A stretch of 60,000 nucleotides of DNA from Botryllus schlosseri (taxonomy: Eukaryota), in the NCBI GenBank assembly GCA_051294905.1, contig CM119373.1, positions 4,776,001 to 4,836,000 on the forward strand. The letters are read 5' to 3'. Both the position numbers and the translations under genes were made by a program. Shown here piece by piece: positions 1-13,726 of this stretch (positions within the stretch are counted from its first letter, which is position 1; each line of letters begins with the position of its first letter). Under the pieces are notes generated by a model. That model worked only from the letters and a program-made list of their open reading frames with translations, did not search any database and was not told the DNA's origin.

Positions 1-299
1 TACTGCTTCATAGCACAAGTTTACAATGACTACATTGGATGAATTTCCAAGTATGTTGAAGAGAGACGCAAAGTGGAGAAAGGACATGATCCGATTCGTC
101 ATCCGAAGCGAATAGAACTGCACGGAGACTGGTAAAACATGGTAGGACCGGCTTCCTGGCTATGATTTTGAGATCGCCCCTATTGCTTGCAAGGAAAATT
201 TGATGAACTGCGAAGTAGAAGACCCCTGCAACGATTAGCATTGCGTCTCATCATGTAGTCCTTCATGATGCATTTGTACCAAGACCACATCCTGAATAC

Positions 300-1470
300 A
301 TATCGATAAATACGTGCAAATTACAGCACTTATGTGTTGCTGATATTGATGCGAGGCGTGCAAATTACTGCCCAACATAACATTGAGCAGAGGCAGAGTT
401 GTCTAAAACATGGTGCGGTGCTGGAATAATAATATTAATAAGGGTTCTAGAAGATTCGTTGGAAATTACTTGTTAACAATACTGCAAAATATTACTCGAA
501 GATGTCTGTCATCGAGGGGATGCAGAGTTGTCAAAGACAAAGTGCGATTGGAAGTTGGGGTGAAGAATAATTAACAGACAGTTAACTCTCTCCATCAACG
601 GTATTTTGCATCCTAATAGAATGTTAAATACCTGAAGACCAGACAGGGTGTTTATGTTGAAATGGTAGACTAGCCCAAAGCCACCAGAGACATAATAATA
701 CAATCCCTATTATTTACATGAAACCAGGCAGGGCTTCAGAGATGATAAAAGGGCAAAGAAAATAGGGAGCTTTTCAAAAGGAACGAGCTAACAAACGGCA
801 TTCATTATCGCGAAGAACGATAAGGAAACGACTCAATATGTCAAAGACATGCAACGATTAGACGTCACGCGTGCAATACATATAGCTGCAGCATATATAT
901 GGACCCTGGAAAATAAATTAATAAGTCACAGGGACAGAGTAGTCGAGGATACGCCTCTGCTGGATGTAATGCAAGCCAACTACAGGTCTACGTGGAAATT
1001 GAAGAAAATGCTGCGCCTAGATGTAATGCATGCAAACCATCACACATGGCGCAGAATATAGATATTGCTGTATTGAACAAAGAAAATCCTGTCATAAGAA
1101 TGAGTGGTTAAAGATATGCTTAGATGAGACGTCATAAGGGCAAATTACTACATCTACGTGCAAATTAACGAAAATGTTGCGATTGGACGTAATGCGTGCA
1201 AAAGTATCACACATAGCGCAGTAGCAATAAATTTCAGAAGCCCCTGTAGTGTTGCATAATGCATGTTCTTCTACTGGGAGCTTGTTCAAAGATCAATTTA
1301 CAAAGAACCGCCTACAGATATGCCGAAACATGACCCTATTTGTAATTCGAAGCCAAATCGCAATAAATTTCACTAGCGCATAAAATGAAATCATGCATCT
1401 CGTGCTTTCAAATACTAGCAAGGTTAAATTGCCCAGTGTTCCCTATAGTGACGTGCAGAGACATTACCCG
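300..1470 (+). pseudogene. Degenerate orphan repeat-protein gene with a recurring motif like RVVKDMLRLDVxRANY
   Basis: + strand translations repeatedly give KDMQRLDVTRAI (about 843), EDTPLLDVMQANY, KMLRLDVMHANH, DMLR*DVIRANY and KMLRLDVMRAK, with stops and frameshifts. Nucleotide paralogy with 42230-44400. Confidence 0.4.
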
Positions 1471-1669
1471 ACAGGAGGGAGGAAAATGATAGGCTTTGCT
1501 AACGTTATATGATATCAGACTACCTAGTAACGGTTACAACATTCCAACTTCATGGAATTGTTGAGCTGTCTTCAGAGTCGATGCAAAACAAATTTAACTA
1601 AATTTCATCTAGTAGAAGCAGAGTTTTCCGTTGTTGATCCTCGGATTATCCACCATTCAAAGTCTATAT

Positions 1670-2639
1670 CAGTGGTTCCCAACCTTTTCCGACTCATCGC
1701 CCCCTTTTGAAACTCCACACCGATCATCGCCCCCCAAATATTAGGAACCAAAAAACAGCACTTCGTGACGCCCCCCCCCCCCCGAAAAAAAGTTGGTTTT
1801 TGGCCCCATAGGGTGATAAACCAAACCCCAGTCGCCCTCAGTTGGCTTTTTGTCGGTACATATCAGCTATACCCTACTTCATGTAGGCCTACTGTTTGGT
1901 GAGTCACCGTATTTCGTCAAAACGTACCAAACTAAAAGACGCACATGATTTCATATTGGTATTTCTTTACTGGCAAATAATTTTTTCCTTGCGGGATGGC
2001 ATATGTCCTGTAGGGTTTCGAGGTCGCCAGGACAGGAACATTCGACGCCAGCGAGTGAGGTGCCTATGGACAATTGAACATATATGCATTGTATATATAT
2101 CGAAGTTTTCAGTCAGCGCAAGGGCATTCCTTTTCGGCCAATTTCTTCTCGCTGCTGATCGTTCTGGCACACTTCTCGGACTTGCATGTTACATGGCCTC
2201 TAACTTCATATGTCTTAGTGCGTCGTGGCGCAGTAATGGCCGCTCAATCATGCGTATTTTTGTTGGGTGAAGGGGATCCCAACAACAAGATACATGAAAA
2301 GATGAAATCGCGCACGTCGCGAAATTTTTTTGAAAAAGTCGCATGAATTTCTAAAAAATGACTCTATCATTCATGTTAATTCACGAAATAATTTTGGGCT
2401 TCCTTCGATTTCGGGCCCCCACCCCCAATTGGGGGGTTTGGGGTACGGTAGTTACGGTCCCGACTCCAATATAGCCGTTTTAACGCGCCATCGCCCCCTT
2501 CGTTGTTTTCGCCCCCTTCGTCCGTTTTCGCCCCCCCTATCGCCCCTTTCGTTATTTTCGCCCCCCTAGACCGCCAAATCGCCCCCTGGGGGCGATATCG
2601 CCCACTGGGGGGCGATATCGCCCACGTTGGGAACCACTG
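1670..2639. mobile_element. Non-autonomous hAT-type element (CAGTGGTTCCCAAC TIR family)
   Basis: TIRs cagtggttcccaac...gttgggaaccactg; perfect 8-bp TSD gtctatat (1662-1669 and 2640-2647); subterminal TCGCCCCC repeats. Confidence 0.92.
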
Positions 2640-3317
2640 GTCTATATGATAGAAATGGTCCGGTAATGTTGAGGATTGACTAGTATTAAGTTAAATTTAT
2701 TAGCAATTTCCAATACTCAACAAAATTTGGGTTACAATGAAAAGATAGGTAGGTATAGTAGTAGAGCAGCGGCTCCCAAATTTTCTGTACTAGGTCCCTT
2801 TAATGCTCGTGAAATTTTTCGTGCCCCTTAGCCTACCGTTGTGTAGTCGAAATGACTAAAGTCAACATTTTCACAGGCAGTCGGTATCCGCTACGGCCGG
2901 ATTCGAGCAAGTCTTGGACATAAATTGTGGTCGGATTGACTTGTCCCCCAGGTCTTGGTTACAACCTTGCGAATGGCAATCGGGAATCTACGAATATTTG
3001 GTGTTCTACTGGGTTCGAGCATGTATTGGAAAAGTCGCATACAATCATTCAGCTCACCACTAAGGTATCTGGTCCGTTTCGCCGCCGTAGCTACACTCTG
3101 CTAGTTAGGGTTCTGATGATACTCTTCGACACTCTATTCCACCGGGATATTTCGGAAAAACGAACGTGTAGGCCAAATAAACACAGAAAAACCCATACCA
3201 ACCCTATACTTCACTCATTGTGGTGCAGTGATATGCATCTTGGTCTAAAGAGCATCATGACCGAGGTGATCGAAGTGAAGGTGCCGATTTCGAGACTGTC
3301 CCGATGTATTCAGTTAA

Positions 3318-3418
3318 AGCACCTTGAATTTCAACAATGCATACCAAACGAAAGCACCTTGAATTTCAACAATGCATACTAAACGAAAGCCCCTTGAATT
3401 TCAACAATGCATACCAAA
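3318..3418. repeat. About 35-bp tandem repeat, 3 copies
   Basis: gcaccttgaatttcaacaatgcataccaaacgaaa repeated with few mismatches. Confidence 0.85.
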
Positions 3419-3762
3419 CATATTAGTCAGAAACATGGTATATTTTGTTCATGTGCATTTCCAACGTAGCCTAAATCTGAACACGTACTAGATGCCGACA
3501 TTTGAATCTGGCGGCTAGCAGCGTCTATCATGTTCGGAAAGTGGAGCGGTGGGTAAGCCAGTCATTCAAGTCATAAATCCTTTTAATTGCAACACAACGT
3601 TTATATTGCAACAAATTGCAACACAACGTTTATATTGCAACACAACTTTTCCATTGACTTTCGCTAAAGTTTTGATAAAAACCCAGGAGTTCCATGTATG
3701 TTCTGGACCACAATTGTGGAACAGCATCTCGCCGGCTATCCGACAGTCGTCGAGCATGTCCG

Positions 3763-4830
3763 CTAGGGCTGTTCAAAAATAACCTTTTTTCCTGAATCTT
3801 GCTTGTTACTTGATTAAATCGTTAGGTTGCCTTAAAAAATGACGCACACCAAATTTGAATTCATTCCAACCAATATTCGCGGATTTCGTAGAGTTCAAAA
3901 TTTTCAACAATTTTTTTTTTCCAATTTTTCTGCCAACCCCATGAAATTGTTGCGCTGTCTTCAAAAACGATGCAAAACAAATTTGACTCAATTCGAAGCC
4001 GTAGAAGTGGAGTTATTTCAGTTTTTCTTTGATAATTCTTGGACTATCCTTGATTGGTGGATCATCCCAGAATTATCATCAAAAAACTTGAATAACTCGG
4101 CCTCTGCACCTTGGAATTGAGTCAAATTTGCGATTTCAAATTGGTATTTCTTAACTGGAAAATAATGTTCCCTCGACATGGGATTTGTCTTGTTGTGGGA
4201 CTCGGATCCCCTGGACATGAACATTCGGCGCTAGCCATTTAGGCGCCCATGGACACAGGCAATTACACATATATTTGTATATATCGAAGTTTTCGGTCAG
4301 CACCGGGGCAGTCTTTTTCGCCCAAGTTTTTCTCGCTGCTGATCGTTCTGGCGCACTTCTTGGATTCGCATGTTACATAGCCTTTAACTTCATATGTCTT
4401 GGTGCGTCGCGGCGCAGTAAGGGCCGACGCCGAAGTCTTCATTTGCATAAATCAGTCGTATTCTTGGCGCGTCATGGTGCGGTAATGGCCGACGCCCATT
4501 TCTATAAATCATGCCTAATTTTTGATGGGAAAGAGTACCCAATAATTAGCTATCTTACAATAATGAAACGCGCGTAGCGCGAAAAAAAATTCCTGAAAAA
4601 TTTCAAAAAATACACCATGATTTATGTTAATTCTCGAAATATTTTGGACCCCCTTCGAGCTCGGCCCCTCCAATTGGGGGGTTTAGGGTGCGAAAGTTAC
4701 GGTCCTGAGTAATTCTTACACAATGTTCATGCCACGCGAAGAAGACTATCATTCGTTAGTTTCTCGCAGATTAACTTTGAGCTAGCCCATTGTTATTTAT
4801 AACTTTGTTAAACCAGGTTTCTTGGTTGTA
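3763..4830 (+). mobile_element. Truncated DNA-transposon relic: TAGGGCTGTTCAAAAAT terminus followed by the shared core module
   Basis: The same terminus and following ~330 bp recur at 45814-46165, and the inverse terminus (tttttgaagagcccta) ends at about 34052. 4140-4830 matches 56460-57050 in reverse. Confidence 0.7.
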
Positions 4831-5689
4831 TTAAGGTAGCAAACCGGCGTGTATTAAGGTAGCAACCGGCGTAAGTATACTAACGGCTATTTACAGATTC
4901 GAGGAGCGTACCGGAGCCGCTGTGGCACATTACCTAGTAACCGTAATTATTAGTCTAGCGTTTAAATAGGCTACTTACTTCCTTCTTCACTCTTTCGTCA
5001 ACGTTCGGATTTCCTTTTCGAGTCTCCTTCAGACTCTTCAGTTCTACCTCCCCAGGTCTCGGAAAATTCTCGTTCCATACCATACCATACCATGCCCTGG
5101 GTTCATGTGCCGTGTTGATTACCATATAAATATGTGGTCTATGTACTCTCTCTATCTCTCTCTATATATATATATAAACTTCTATGATAATACACCTTTG
5201 CATATTCGCAGAGCGCACACGAGTGACAACTGTACCTGATACTGCATCTGCTACTACTGTCTGCCTCTAAACGTGGGACACATCCACATTCCGCATGCGC
5301 GGCCTTGGTCACGGACCAATTGTCCAATTATCAATCACGGACTCCGCGGCAAATTAGTAACCGGCTAATCTGTATGAACAACACCCTTGCGCACGTTAAC
5401 CGCTGATCGTGGTTACAGTCGAATCTCGTTTTGCAGTGATATTTTTGCAACATATCGGAACAGCCCAGATCGCACATTCATCTGGGCGCGGTTGATGAAC
5501 AAAATATATCGTATTCGTGCCCGTCCGGTCTATTTTCATAGTCCTTTATCAATTTTACGATGTCAAATGATCGTCTTATGTTGCGTAGAAACCTACATAC
5601 CTTGTATCGATGCTATGCATATAATATATAGTCGACTATCATCATTTAATAGCCCTCGACAGTTTTCTTTGTATGCACTTCAAATTTAT

Positions 5690-5830
5690 TTATGGTATGG
5701 TATGGAATGAAACTCCGGTATGGAATATGGGGTGCAAGTATTGTATGGTATGGGACTTTCTCGATTATGGTATGGTATGGAACTTTCCAGAGTATGGTAT
5801 GGAATGTTCTATTCATACTTCCAAACTTTT
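5690..5830. repeat. TATGG-rich subterminal repeat (MITE remnant)
   Basis: tatggtatggtatggaa arrays; complementary ccatac arrays at about 5075-5099. Confidence 0.55.
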
Positions 5831-6959
5831 CCATTCTTTGTCAGTTTTGCCAGAATCATGGCAGTGATCTTACTTTCGATTTGTCAAATTGATTGCATAC
5901 CTCAGAAAATCGCTCACTGAGTGCACGCGGGTCATACTAGTCGTCAGTCACCGGTCCCAGACGTATATAACTAATATAATGCCTCAAGTCGGGTCTGCAC
6001 GACCGTGTACCTGCGTCCATGTTGATACCAATTCGTCACTGGGTAACATTAACTTATTGTCGGTTTGTTCGCGAATCGTGATGTCAACACGTCACCATCC
6101 ACACATAACTACACCGGTGTTTGTACGGGACGGTACATTCAATCATTTGCATGAATAAACATAGGCCTACGTTGTATTACTATAACAATGAATTACCGAT
6201 CGGTATACTCCTTCTCCATTAACAGTATATCATTCAAGTACACAACGGTACAATAATTTTCGGCTGTCTTTGTAATCCGACAAAGAAGTATATATTAGAT
6301 CAGGCGTAATGCATGCGTTACAAATCTGAGCAGCTACGTCCGTTATGTTATCGTGAACATTTAACACGACCTATCCACACACCGTGGTGTTACAACAATA
6401 TCAACCCAGACCAAGTTATTTTCCTAATAAATACATGCGTATTTCCGTTCTTATGCACAACAAATTTGTTGTTTTAAATCGAAAGGAGATATCCGTATCA
6501 GACAATAACGATAGTTACGTCACGAATATTCAGCATATGTACTGTTTACGTCGTCTAATCTACATAGTGAAAAGCCACGCCTGTCACTGCACTACCAAGT
6601 AGTAGAAGTATACCAACATTCAAGTCAATACAGTTGTCGATGATACCGGCGATACTATATGACGTAATGGACGTGGGTAAACTTAGCGCTCGTGCACATA
6701 GTCGACATCCCCGTGGGCGTGTATACAGGCGGTTGTTGTTACTATTGATTGCGACTGTTTCTGTGTAAGTGCGCAAACTACGTAAGGAAAACCATTCATA
6801 ATAATTATGATCGCATTGTGTGACGACAGCTTGCCGTCTGTTCAGTACCCGTTTGCACCATCGAAAAGTCATCATTGAAGTTATTTTTTATTTATACATA
6901 TCATTCGATAATATTCTGGTCTTGCTGTCGAGATCGGTGTATGACCAGTATAATCCAGG

Positions 6960-7790
6960 TCGTGCCATCAATTTGCTCGACCCCGTAACTGTAGCCCGTG
7001 TCGTCTGAAAGGAACATGAGGTAACGTCACCATTTGGTCCTGACTATAATTGTATGCTCCAATGCGACGTACCATACTCGCCTGTATCATCCGCCACGCC
7101 ACTGGTTTCTCCTTCGTCGGACACGGGTTCAACGCTGCAATGTATTGGTGGTAGTCGACGCCATTATAAATGTTATCGTATAATAAATGCTCACAATTTG
7201 TATTCGGCATGTTCGGCATCACCCGCTTCGCCCGCTTGAAGTTGTGTATCCCAACTAAACGCACCACCGTTTTTTTTATAACACCGTGTAGGACAGTTAA
7301 GCGATATACTGTGTGTACAAACCTGCGTGTTTCTACGGTAGAGATTCCCATATCGACTGAGGAGTCGTCCCTCATCGAGCTGTAACATAACATTATGCCT
7401 ATCATTATCCATGATAGCTGCATATTATACCAACTAACTCAACACACACTAATGGCGTGTCTATACAAGTACTATACAAAGCAGCACTTACTCCTCATCA
7501 GTACGGCTGTGGTAGTCGCCGTCCGTGGCCGCATCTTGGACAGGGTCCACGCACTCTTCGGCCCGCTCACGTATTTCAGGAATACCGGCGTATTCGTCCA
7601 TCTCACGTATTTCAGGAATACCGGCGTATTCGTCCATCTCACGTATTTCAGGAATACCGACGTATTCTTCCATCTTTTTCCGTAAATGGCACAGCCGCTC
7701 CACTTGAACATTAGTAATCAACGTCGGAACTGGCAGTGGCTTGACCACTGTGACGACATAGCGCTCTCGTACCGGACGTGGTGGCATTAG
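6960..7790. pseudogene. Orphan gene relic, copy 1 of a tandem paralog pair
   Basis: Collinear similarity to 8310-9060, with substitutions concentrated at third codon positions in places (STEESSLIEL vs SAEESSLVEL on +). Coding strand is not resolved. Confidence 0.4.
7566..7670. repeat. 36-bp tandem repeat, 3 copies
   Basis: ctcacgtatttcaggaataccggcgtattcgtccat x3. Confidence 0.9.
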
Positions 7791-8309
7791 CCTGATGAAG
7801 TGTTTGCGGCTCCCGTATTGGTCGTGCGTATAAAGTAAAAACTACTGCTTTTTCCGTATGAACGCACAGTGCATGGCTAGTGGGACATTGCGTATATTGA
7901 TATTTTGAAAACCTGCGAGTGTCGCTGTCCTATCTGTCGCGTTATTATCTTGGACCGGATTCGTCACTGGTCGTCCTTGGAATCAACATTATCACAATTA
8001 GCATAAACGTTTTGTGTTACCAGCTATGGACAGCGAATTCTCACGTGCCATTATGCAATTTATATTAAGAAAAACCTTCGGAAAACTTATGCTTGCATTG
8101 ACATGCGTTACATTCTGCATTGTGTTAGGCACCCCTTTGTACTATCAAACAGTCGTCGCGTTTCATTCCACAAGCTTTAATACTGAATAGTCGTAAAGCA
8201 CGGAATAATTACATAATAATAAATCTTATTTTCAGGGTGGCGTCGGCTTAGGATACCGGTGGAATATAAATTTGAGTAGGATACCGGTGGAATATAAATT
8301 TGAGTCGGG

Positions 8310-9060
8310 TAAGGCAATCGATTTTCTCGACCCAAGACTGGTCGTCTTCATTCACTCCTGAAAGCAACATGAGGTAACCATTTGATATTTCCTACAATTA
8401 TGTTCCACTACGATACCATTATTATCTGTATCCGCCGCTACGGTAAGGGGCATATCTTCCGATTGCTGTACTTTCTCGGTGACTGGATCATTTTCATAGT
8501 GAGCGCTGAAAATGTATGGGTCTGAATACGCGAGATGATGACATTATAAATGTAAGCGCATAATAAATGCTCACAACTCGTCTCCGGCACGGTCGCTGTC
8601 GCTCTTTAATGGCGATGTGAGCTGCGGGTACCAACTAAACGCAATATGTTTTTGATGAATACCGTGTATATATATACGACGGTTAAGCGACAGAGTATGT
8701 GAACAAACTAGCGTGTTTCTCTGTTATTGAATTCTCGTTCACATTCGGCCGAGGAGTCTTCATTGGTCGAGCTTAACAATGAAATTATGCAGATTATAAT
8801 ACATTATAGTTAACTATTACAACAACTCTATACATAACATTGGTACTTATATACAAGTACTATACAAAAGTATCACTTACCATGCAGTATCCGTGGTAGG
8901 TTCACTGTCCGTGGCCGGACAATGGTAATTACACTCTCTAATTTGTGGGATGCTGTTGTCGTCCATGTCGATTTTACGAATTGGTATATTTGTTCCCCTG
9001 TTACATTACTAATCAACGCCGGAACCGACAGCGGCTTGGCCATTGTGACGACTACTGCTA
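8310..9060. pseudogene. Orphan gene relic, copy 2 of the tandem paralog pair
   Basis: Shares blocks ctgaaag(c/g)aacatgaggtaac, ataataaatgctcacaa, ccaactaaacgca and tacaagtactatacaaa with copy 1. Confidence 0.4.
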
Positions 9061-9385
9061 TCGTGCAGAACGAGGTGAGCATTCGAATGTTAAGGGTGTG
9101 TTATGGTGACGTCTATTAATCGCTGACATCATACATACCACCAATGGGGTATACAACCAATTATGTATGATTAGCGCATGTTATTACATTGCTTGATAAC
9201 GAGACAACTTCGCGCATTTCTATTCTTATTTTGTTTTCTAGCGATCGTTTTGTAAGCTATGCACTAACAATTGTCATTCATCATTGTGAGAGTACGACCT
9301 GTAATAAAGTAGATTAGTCCTTATGTTGCTGCAAAGTACATTTCGTTTGTGTCGTAGCGACGGATGCCATAGCGTTAGACTAGCC

Positions 9386-10109
9386 CAGGGCTGGCCAACC
9401 TTTTAAGCCAGGCCACATTCGATTGACGAACTTTTGCGCGGGCCACTATCCGCGGGAAGCGCGAAAATTTTCTGAAGTTCATAGGTCAATAATATTGTTA
9501 CTTAATAATATTGTTACTTGACTATGTTGTGGGCCTGCTTGGGCCTGCTATATATCGCGGGGCTAAGTTTGCGAGGACTGGACTATTCGGCGCATGGACA
9601 TATCCGATATCGAAAGCTGCGACCAACATGCGTCAATCATATCGTGCCTAGCATAGTCGACAGTCTTACTGCGAGCGCAAACGCGAAGTCGCATATGCTG
9701 AACGACACTTTGTCTCGTAATCGCGAATATAGTTGGACTCAATCTGATACATTAGGTGTTCTTCCATTTTGGCAAAAGGGCAACAATATTAAAAACAAAA
9801 TCGAGTGACAACATATAGCGCTAAGCTTGTAGAAATTTTTTAACTTTGATAAATTTATCGCAACTTATTCTGCTTTATTGTAGTGTACGAATATCTACCA
9901 ATATGTGAATGGCTGACGGATCTGTCAATGCGTCGGAACTGATATTTTAGTCTTCACATCCCAAGTGTTGCGGCCAGACTAATCAAATTATTGGTTGGCC
10001 TTGCAAGTTTACAATATGTGCAATCCATTTTTGATGATATTAGAAATTTCGGAAATTACCTCGCGGGCCACTAAAACCTTGCCCGCGGGCCACGGGTTGG
10101 CCGGCCCTG
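9386..10109. mobile_element. Non-autonomous hAT-type MITE
   Basis: TIRs cagggctggccaacc...ggttggccggccctg; perfect TSD gactagcc. Confidence 0.9.
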
Positions 10110-11934
10110 GACTAGCCCGTCCTGCCGATTTTTATATCCCGATATCAATGTCAGTACGTCAAATGAACATATTATTTCGCGTCAAAATCTACATATATGA
10201 TATGCATATAGTAGATAGTCGACTATCCTCAGTTAATAGCGCTTGACCGTTTGGTTTGTATGCACTTCAACTGTGTGTTATGTAGATCATGGATGTTTAC
10301 CACAAATTAATGCCTACGGTCAGCTTGGATGTAGTAAGCTTGTCATAACATAGAACATGACTATACAATATAAATGTTTATTCTGAATTGGTCAAATGTA
10401 GTCCAATGGAAGTATGTCGTCAATACCCATTGTCGTAAGTCCATGTCCTTAGTTCTACAACAACAATGTTGTGTTCTGATAACTCCTGTCATAATATATA
10501 ATAAACACATCAGGCGTCAGTGTATTGAGAAATGATTCGGCGACTATTAGTTGTAACCATATTATATCGCAATCAGGCATGCATATTATCCGTCACGTGA
10601 AATGTATACTATACATATCAGCAACCAACCACTCGTAACAGTCCTTGAATAGCATTGTAATAGAGTGTTCGACATTGAAAGCGGTTCGTAGTTGACATTT
10701 TGTACGATCGTGGTCACAATTTATATGCACCGGTTGCTTTTTAGATCTAATACAAGTCGACCTTCAGACATACTATTGCGTATCGCTCCAACACACATCT
10801 CACAGCTTTAATGTGACATAATTACAACGTACTTGTAATATACTTTGGAAAATATGTCCGTTAAATATAAAATATAGCCGTACTGGTAACCATGGTTGTA
10901 AGGAGTGGACTCTGTCCGAGTGAGGGTGGGTCGATGGATGTATTCGACAATGCAAGCGTTATTAGCTGACATTTATAGACGTTCGTGGTCGCCATTTTTA
11001 CATGGTTCTGGTCTCATTTTCAACAAGACGAACTGAGACTTTTGCAATCCTCGGACTGCGAAGATGTCATTTTGAACAAAAATTTCTCATTATGCGTATT
11101 TGGACGCGGCACATTCATCGATTCCGCAGTCTCATTTTTTGAACCGAAAACCTGTGCCACAGTGGAATGCGTCTTGCGATAGAGCTGTAAGACGCAAGTA
11201 ACCGGCTCTCCTCAAAATATTACGAAAGTTCTGCATAAATGATGCCATCCAACATATAACCGCATGCGGTCGGAATGCCGGAAAATTATACTTCTAAAAG
11301 GGAAGAAGTGGAAAAAACATTCCAGTAAAGTTAGGAAGCTCGTACGCTCCTGTTCTGGTGTTCATTCCTAAATTAAATGCCATACCTAAGATCAGTGCTT
11401 TTCAACCTTTTTGAGCTCCATTCGCACTTTTTTTTGAAAAATAATTTCATTCGCACAAGTCAGCCGAAATTTAGTACACGAAAAGAAAATGAAGAAACTT
11501 ATCACTTTTGTATTCGAAGGGCTTCTTGGAGGTACAGAGCTTCATTATTTTGCATTCAGCGTATCGTATTATTGACTAGTCAAGTATACTAAAATCAAAT
11601 CACTACAGTAGAAAAATCACAGATATCGCACGCCCGTTGTTCTCAAGAAGTTCGTTGCATTTTCCGGGGGTATCGTGTAGTGATTTCCATGGAAGCTTAA
11701 AGGGCGAACCCAAGAACAATATTCTCTCGCAGCAATATCACTTTGCCACTAAATCCACATGTTACGTCATCGCGATGTAAATGTGTTTGCATTTAGAACG
11801 CACAAAATAGTGAAACTGCACTTGAATCGTAGCATCATTGTTGCGACTAGCACCTTTGGTTCATTTTTCTGACAACATTCGAAAAGATGCTTCGCGTACT
11901 AAGGTATGTTAGATACGTACTAAGGTATGTTAGA

Positions 11935-12226
11935 TGAGTTACCAACTTACCATACGTCCTCATTTAGGAGGATTTTGTCCTCCTTTTTTAGGAATTTTGA
12001 TCAAATTTATAGCAAAATTCGACTGAGATGCCGTATATCAGCACCGAAGTGACGCTCCGGAGGGTATTTCGGGAGCTGAGCAAAAGTTGACCTTTTTTTT
12101 TATTTTAGTCAACCGACTACGAAGTGGTAAAAATTGACCACTTTTTCAGGATTTTCCACCGTATTCTGTGTTTGAAAATTTTGAAATAGTATCCTCCTTT
12201 CCCGATTCTAAAATATGGTAACCCTA
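11935..12226. mobile_element. Nested MITE (TAGG(G/C)TTACCATA family) with a damaged left end
   Basis: Right end tatggtaacccta; flanking atgttaga on both sides; related to 34212-34665. Confidence 0.65.
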
Positions 12227-12887
12227 ATGTTAGATGATTGGATGGTACGGTGGGCGTTAAAATCAGGATTGCCTTGCTATACAAACCCACACAATCCGAG
12301 TAATTGATGACTATTGTTTATGGATAAGCTTAGGCTTCATTCGCTTCTTATCTATGCAATACACAAATCGACATATCTTTCAATAACAATGATCGGCATC
12401 CTTGTGTTGTCTAAGCCAACACTTTCACCTTGAATAATTATTACTCACATAAGATTCATGATTAACACACAGTTATATCGGCCTGGGTAGCCAACTGCGG
12501 GATGGCTCTTATGTCAATCGTAGAATATTGGAAAACTGGCTGAAATAATGCCAAATTATCTTTACTATCCCACATATCCTTATACATAAAGAGTAATAAA
12601 GGTTCAACAGTATAATTAAGCTTCAATTAGGCTGCATAAGGAATATCGTAAGACAAACGGCTTGGTGGATTTGATTTTGCTCTGCAGATGGTGCTCACTG
12701 CTCATCTGCTCGAGCTAAACCGGTAGAGTTCGGAGTATTGCAAAGTTTGCAGTACAAAGGCGGTAAGAACACGAACTAGGCAAACTTTTCTTCCTATGGA
12801 TCAGCAAGCTTAGTGGAATCACCAATATGTTATATAGTCCTATGCCTTTACGATCTAGACTTGGCCTGAGATCATCAGTCCAAGAAC

Positions 12888-13726
12888 CAGTGTTGGGATG
12901 ACTCGACTCGTGACTCGGAGCAAAATTCACGAGTCAATTTCGAGTCATCAAGCAATCGATGTCGATAAAAATCATTTTATCTTTAGGTACGGATCGTACG
13001 CGAAACGCTGGTGTAACCCGTGAAAGCGACCAATCATTCAATTATCGTTATCGTGCGTTTTACTGAGCCTCCATTGTTCTCTCACAGATAAATTGATCGC
13101 AAATGAAGTGATCGTAGCTTACGCTGTCGTAAACTTGTATGGTAGAGTAATTTAATAGCAAAATGTTAATTTCTGTTCTCTGTTCTTAACTTAACCAAAC
13201 CTTGTTTTATTGAAATTGAATTCCAATATAGTTTATATAGTCCTCAACCATTGGAGCAGGCTGGAATTGCATTAATATCAATCTGTAAATTGGTATTGTA
13301 TTGCATCTCATCAGTTCGTTTCTCTATTCTCTATTTTGGCTGGTAACTATAATCCGAGGCTATGCAATACTTACGTATAGTTTAGCATTTATCCGTATAT
13401 GCGAGGGATAAAGCGCCTGATTGCGTGTATATATTAACTCTATATTCGTTCATAGGTCCAGAATCAATGACCACTCAATCTGTATTTCAGACAGCTAGCA
13501 AAACGCAATGACGTAAGCATGCCTCATACTTCGAAAAGACAACTTGACTTGAATTGTGACTTGACTCGACTTGACTCGACTTGACTCGAGTCACCTCCAA
13601 AAATCGGGTGACTTGACTTGACTCGAGTCACCTTCGAAAATCGATTGACTTGACTCGAGTCAAAATGTGCAATGACTCGAAATGACTCGTGACTCCAAGG
13701 TAGTGACTTGATCCCAACCAACACTG
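12888..13726. mobile_element. Nested hAT-type MITE with GACTC/GAGTC subterminal repeats
   Basis: cagtgttgg...ccaacactg ends; TSD ccaagaac / cgaagaac (7 of 8). Confidence 0.8.

Noticed and set aside
1896..2569. ORFs within MITEs (also 4275-4577, 25411-26242, 27050-27427 and 56750-57124)
   Set aside because: They are chance frames in non-coding repeat modules and are not conserved in frame between copies.
7900..7975. RING/IAP-like CECRCPICRVII on the + strand
   Set aside because: The upstream RING ligands are not in frame and the opposite strand also reads open; this could be chance.
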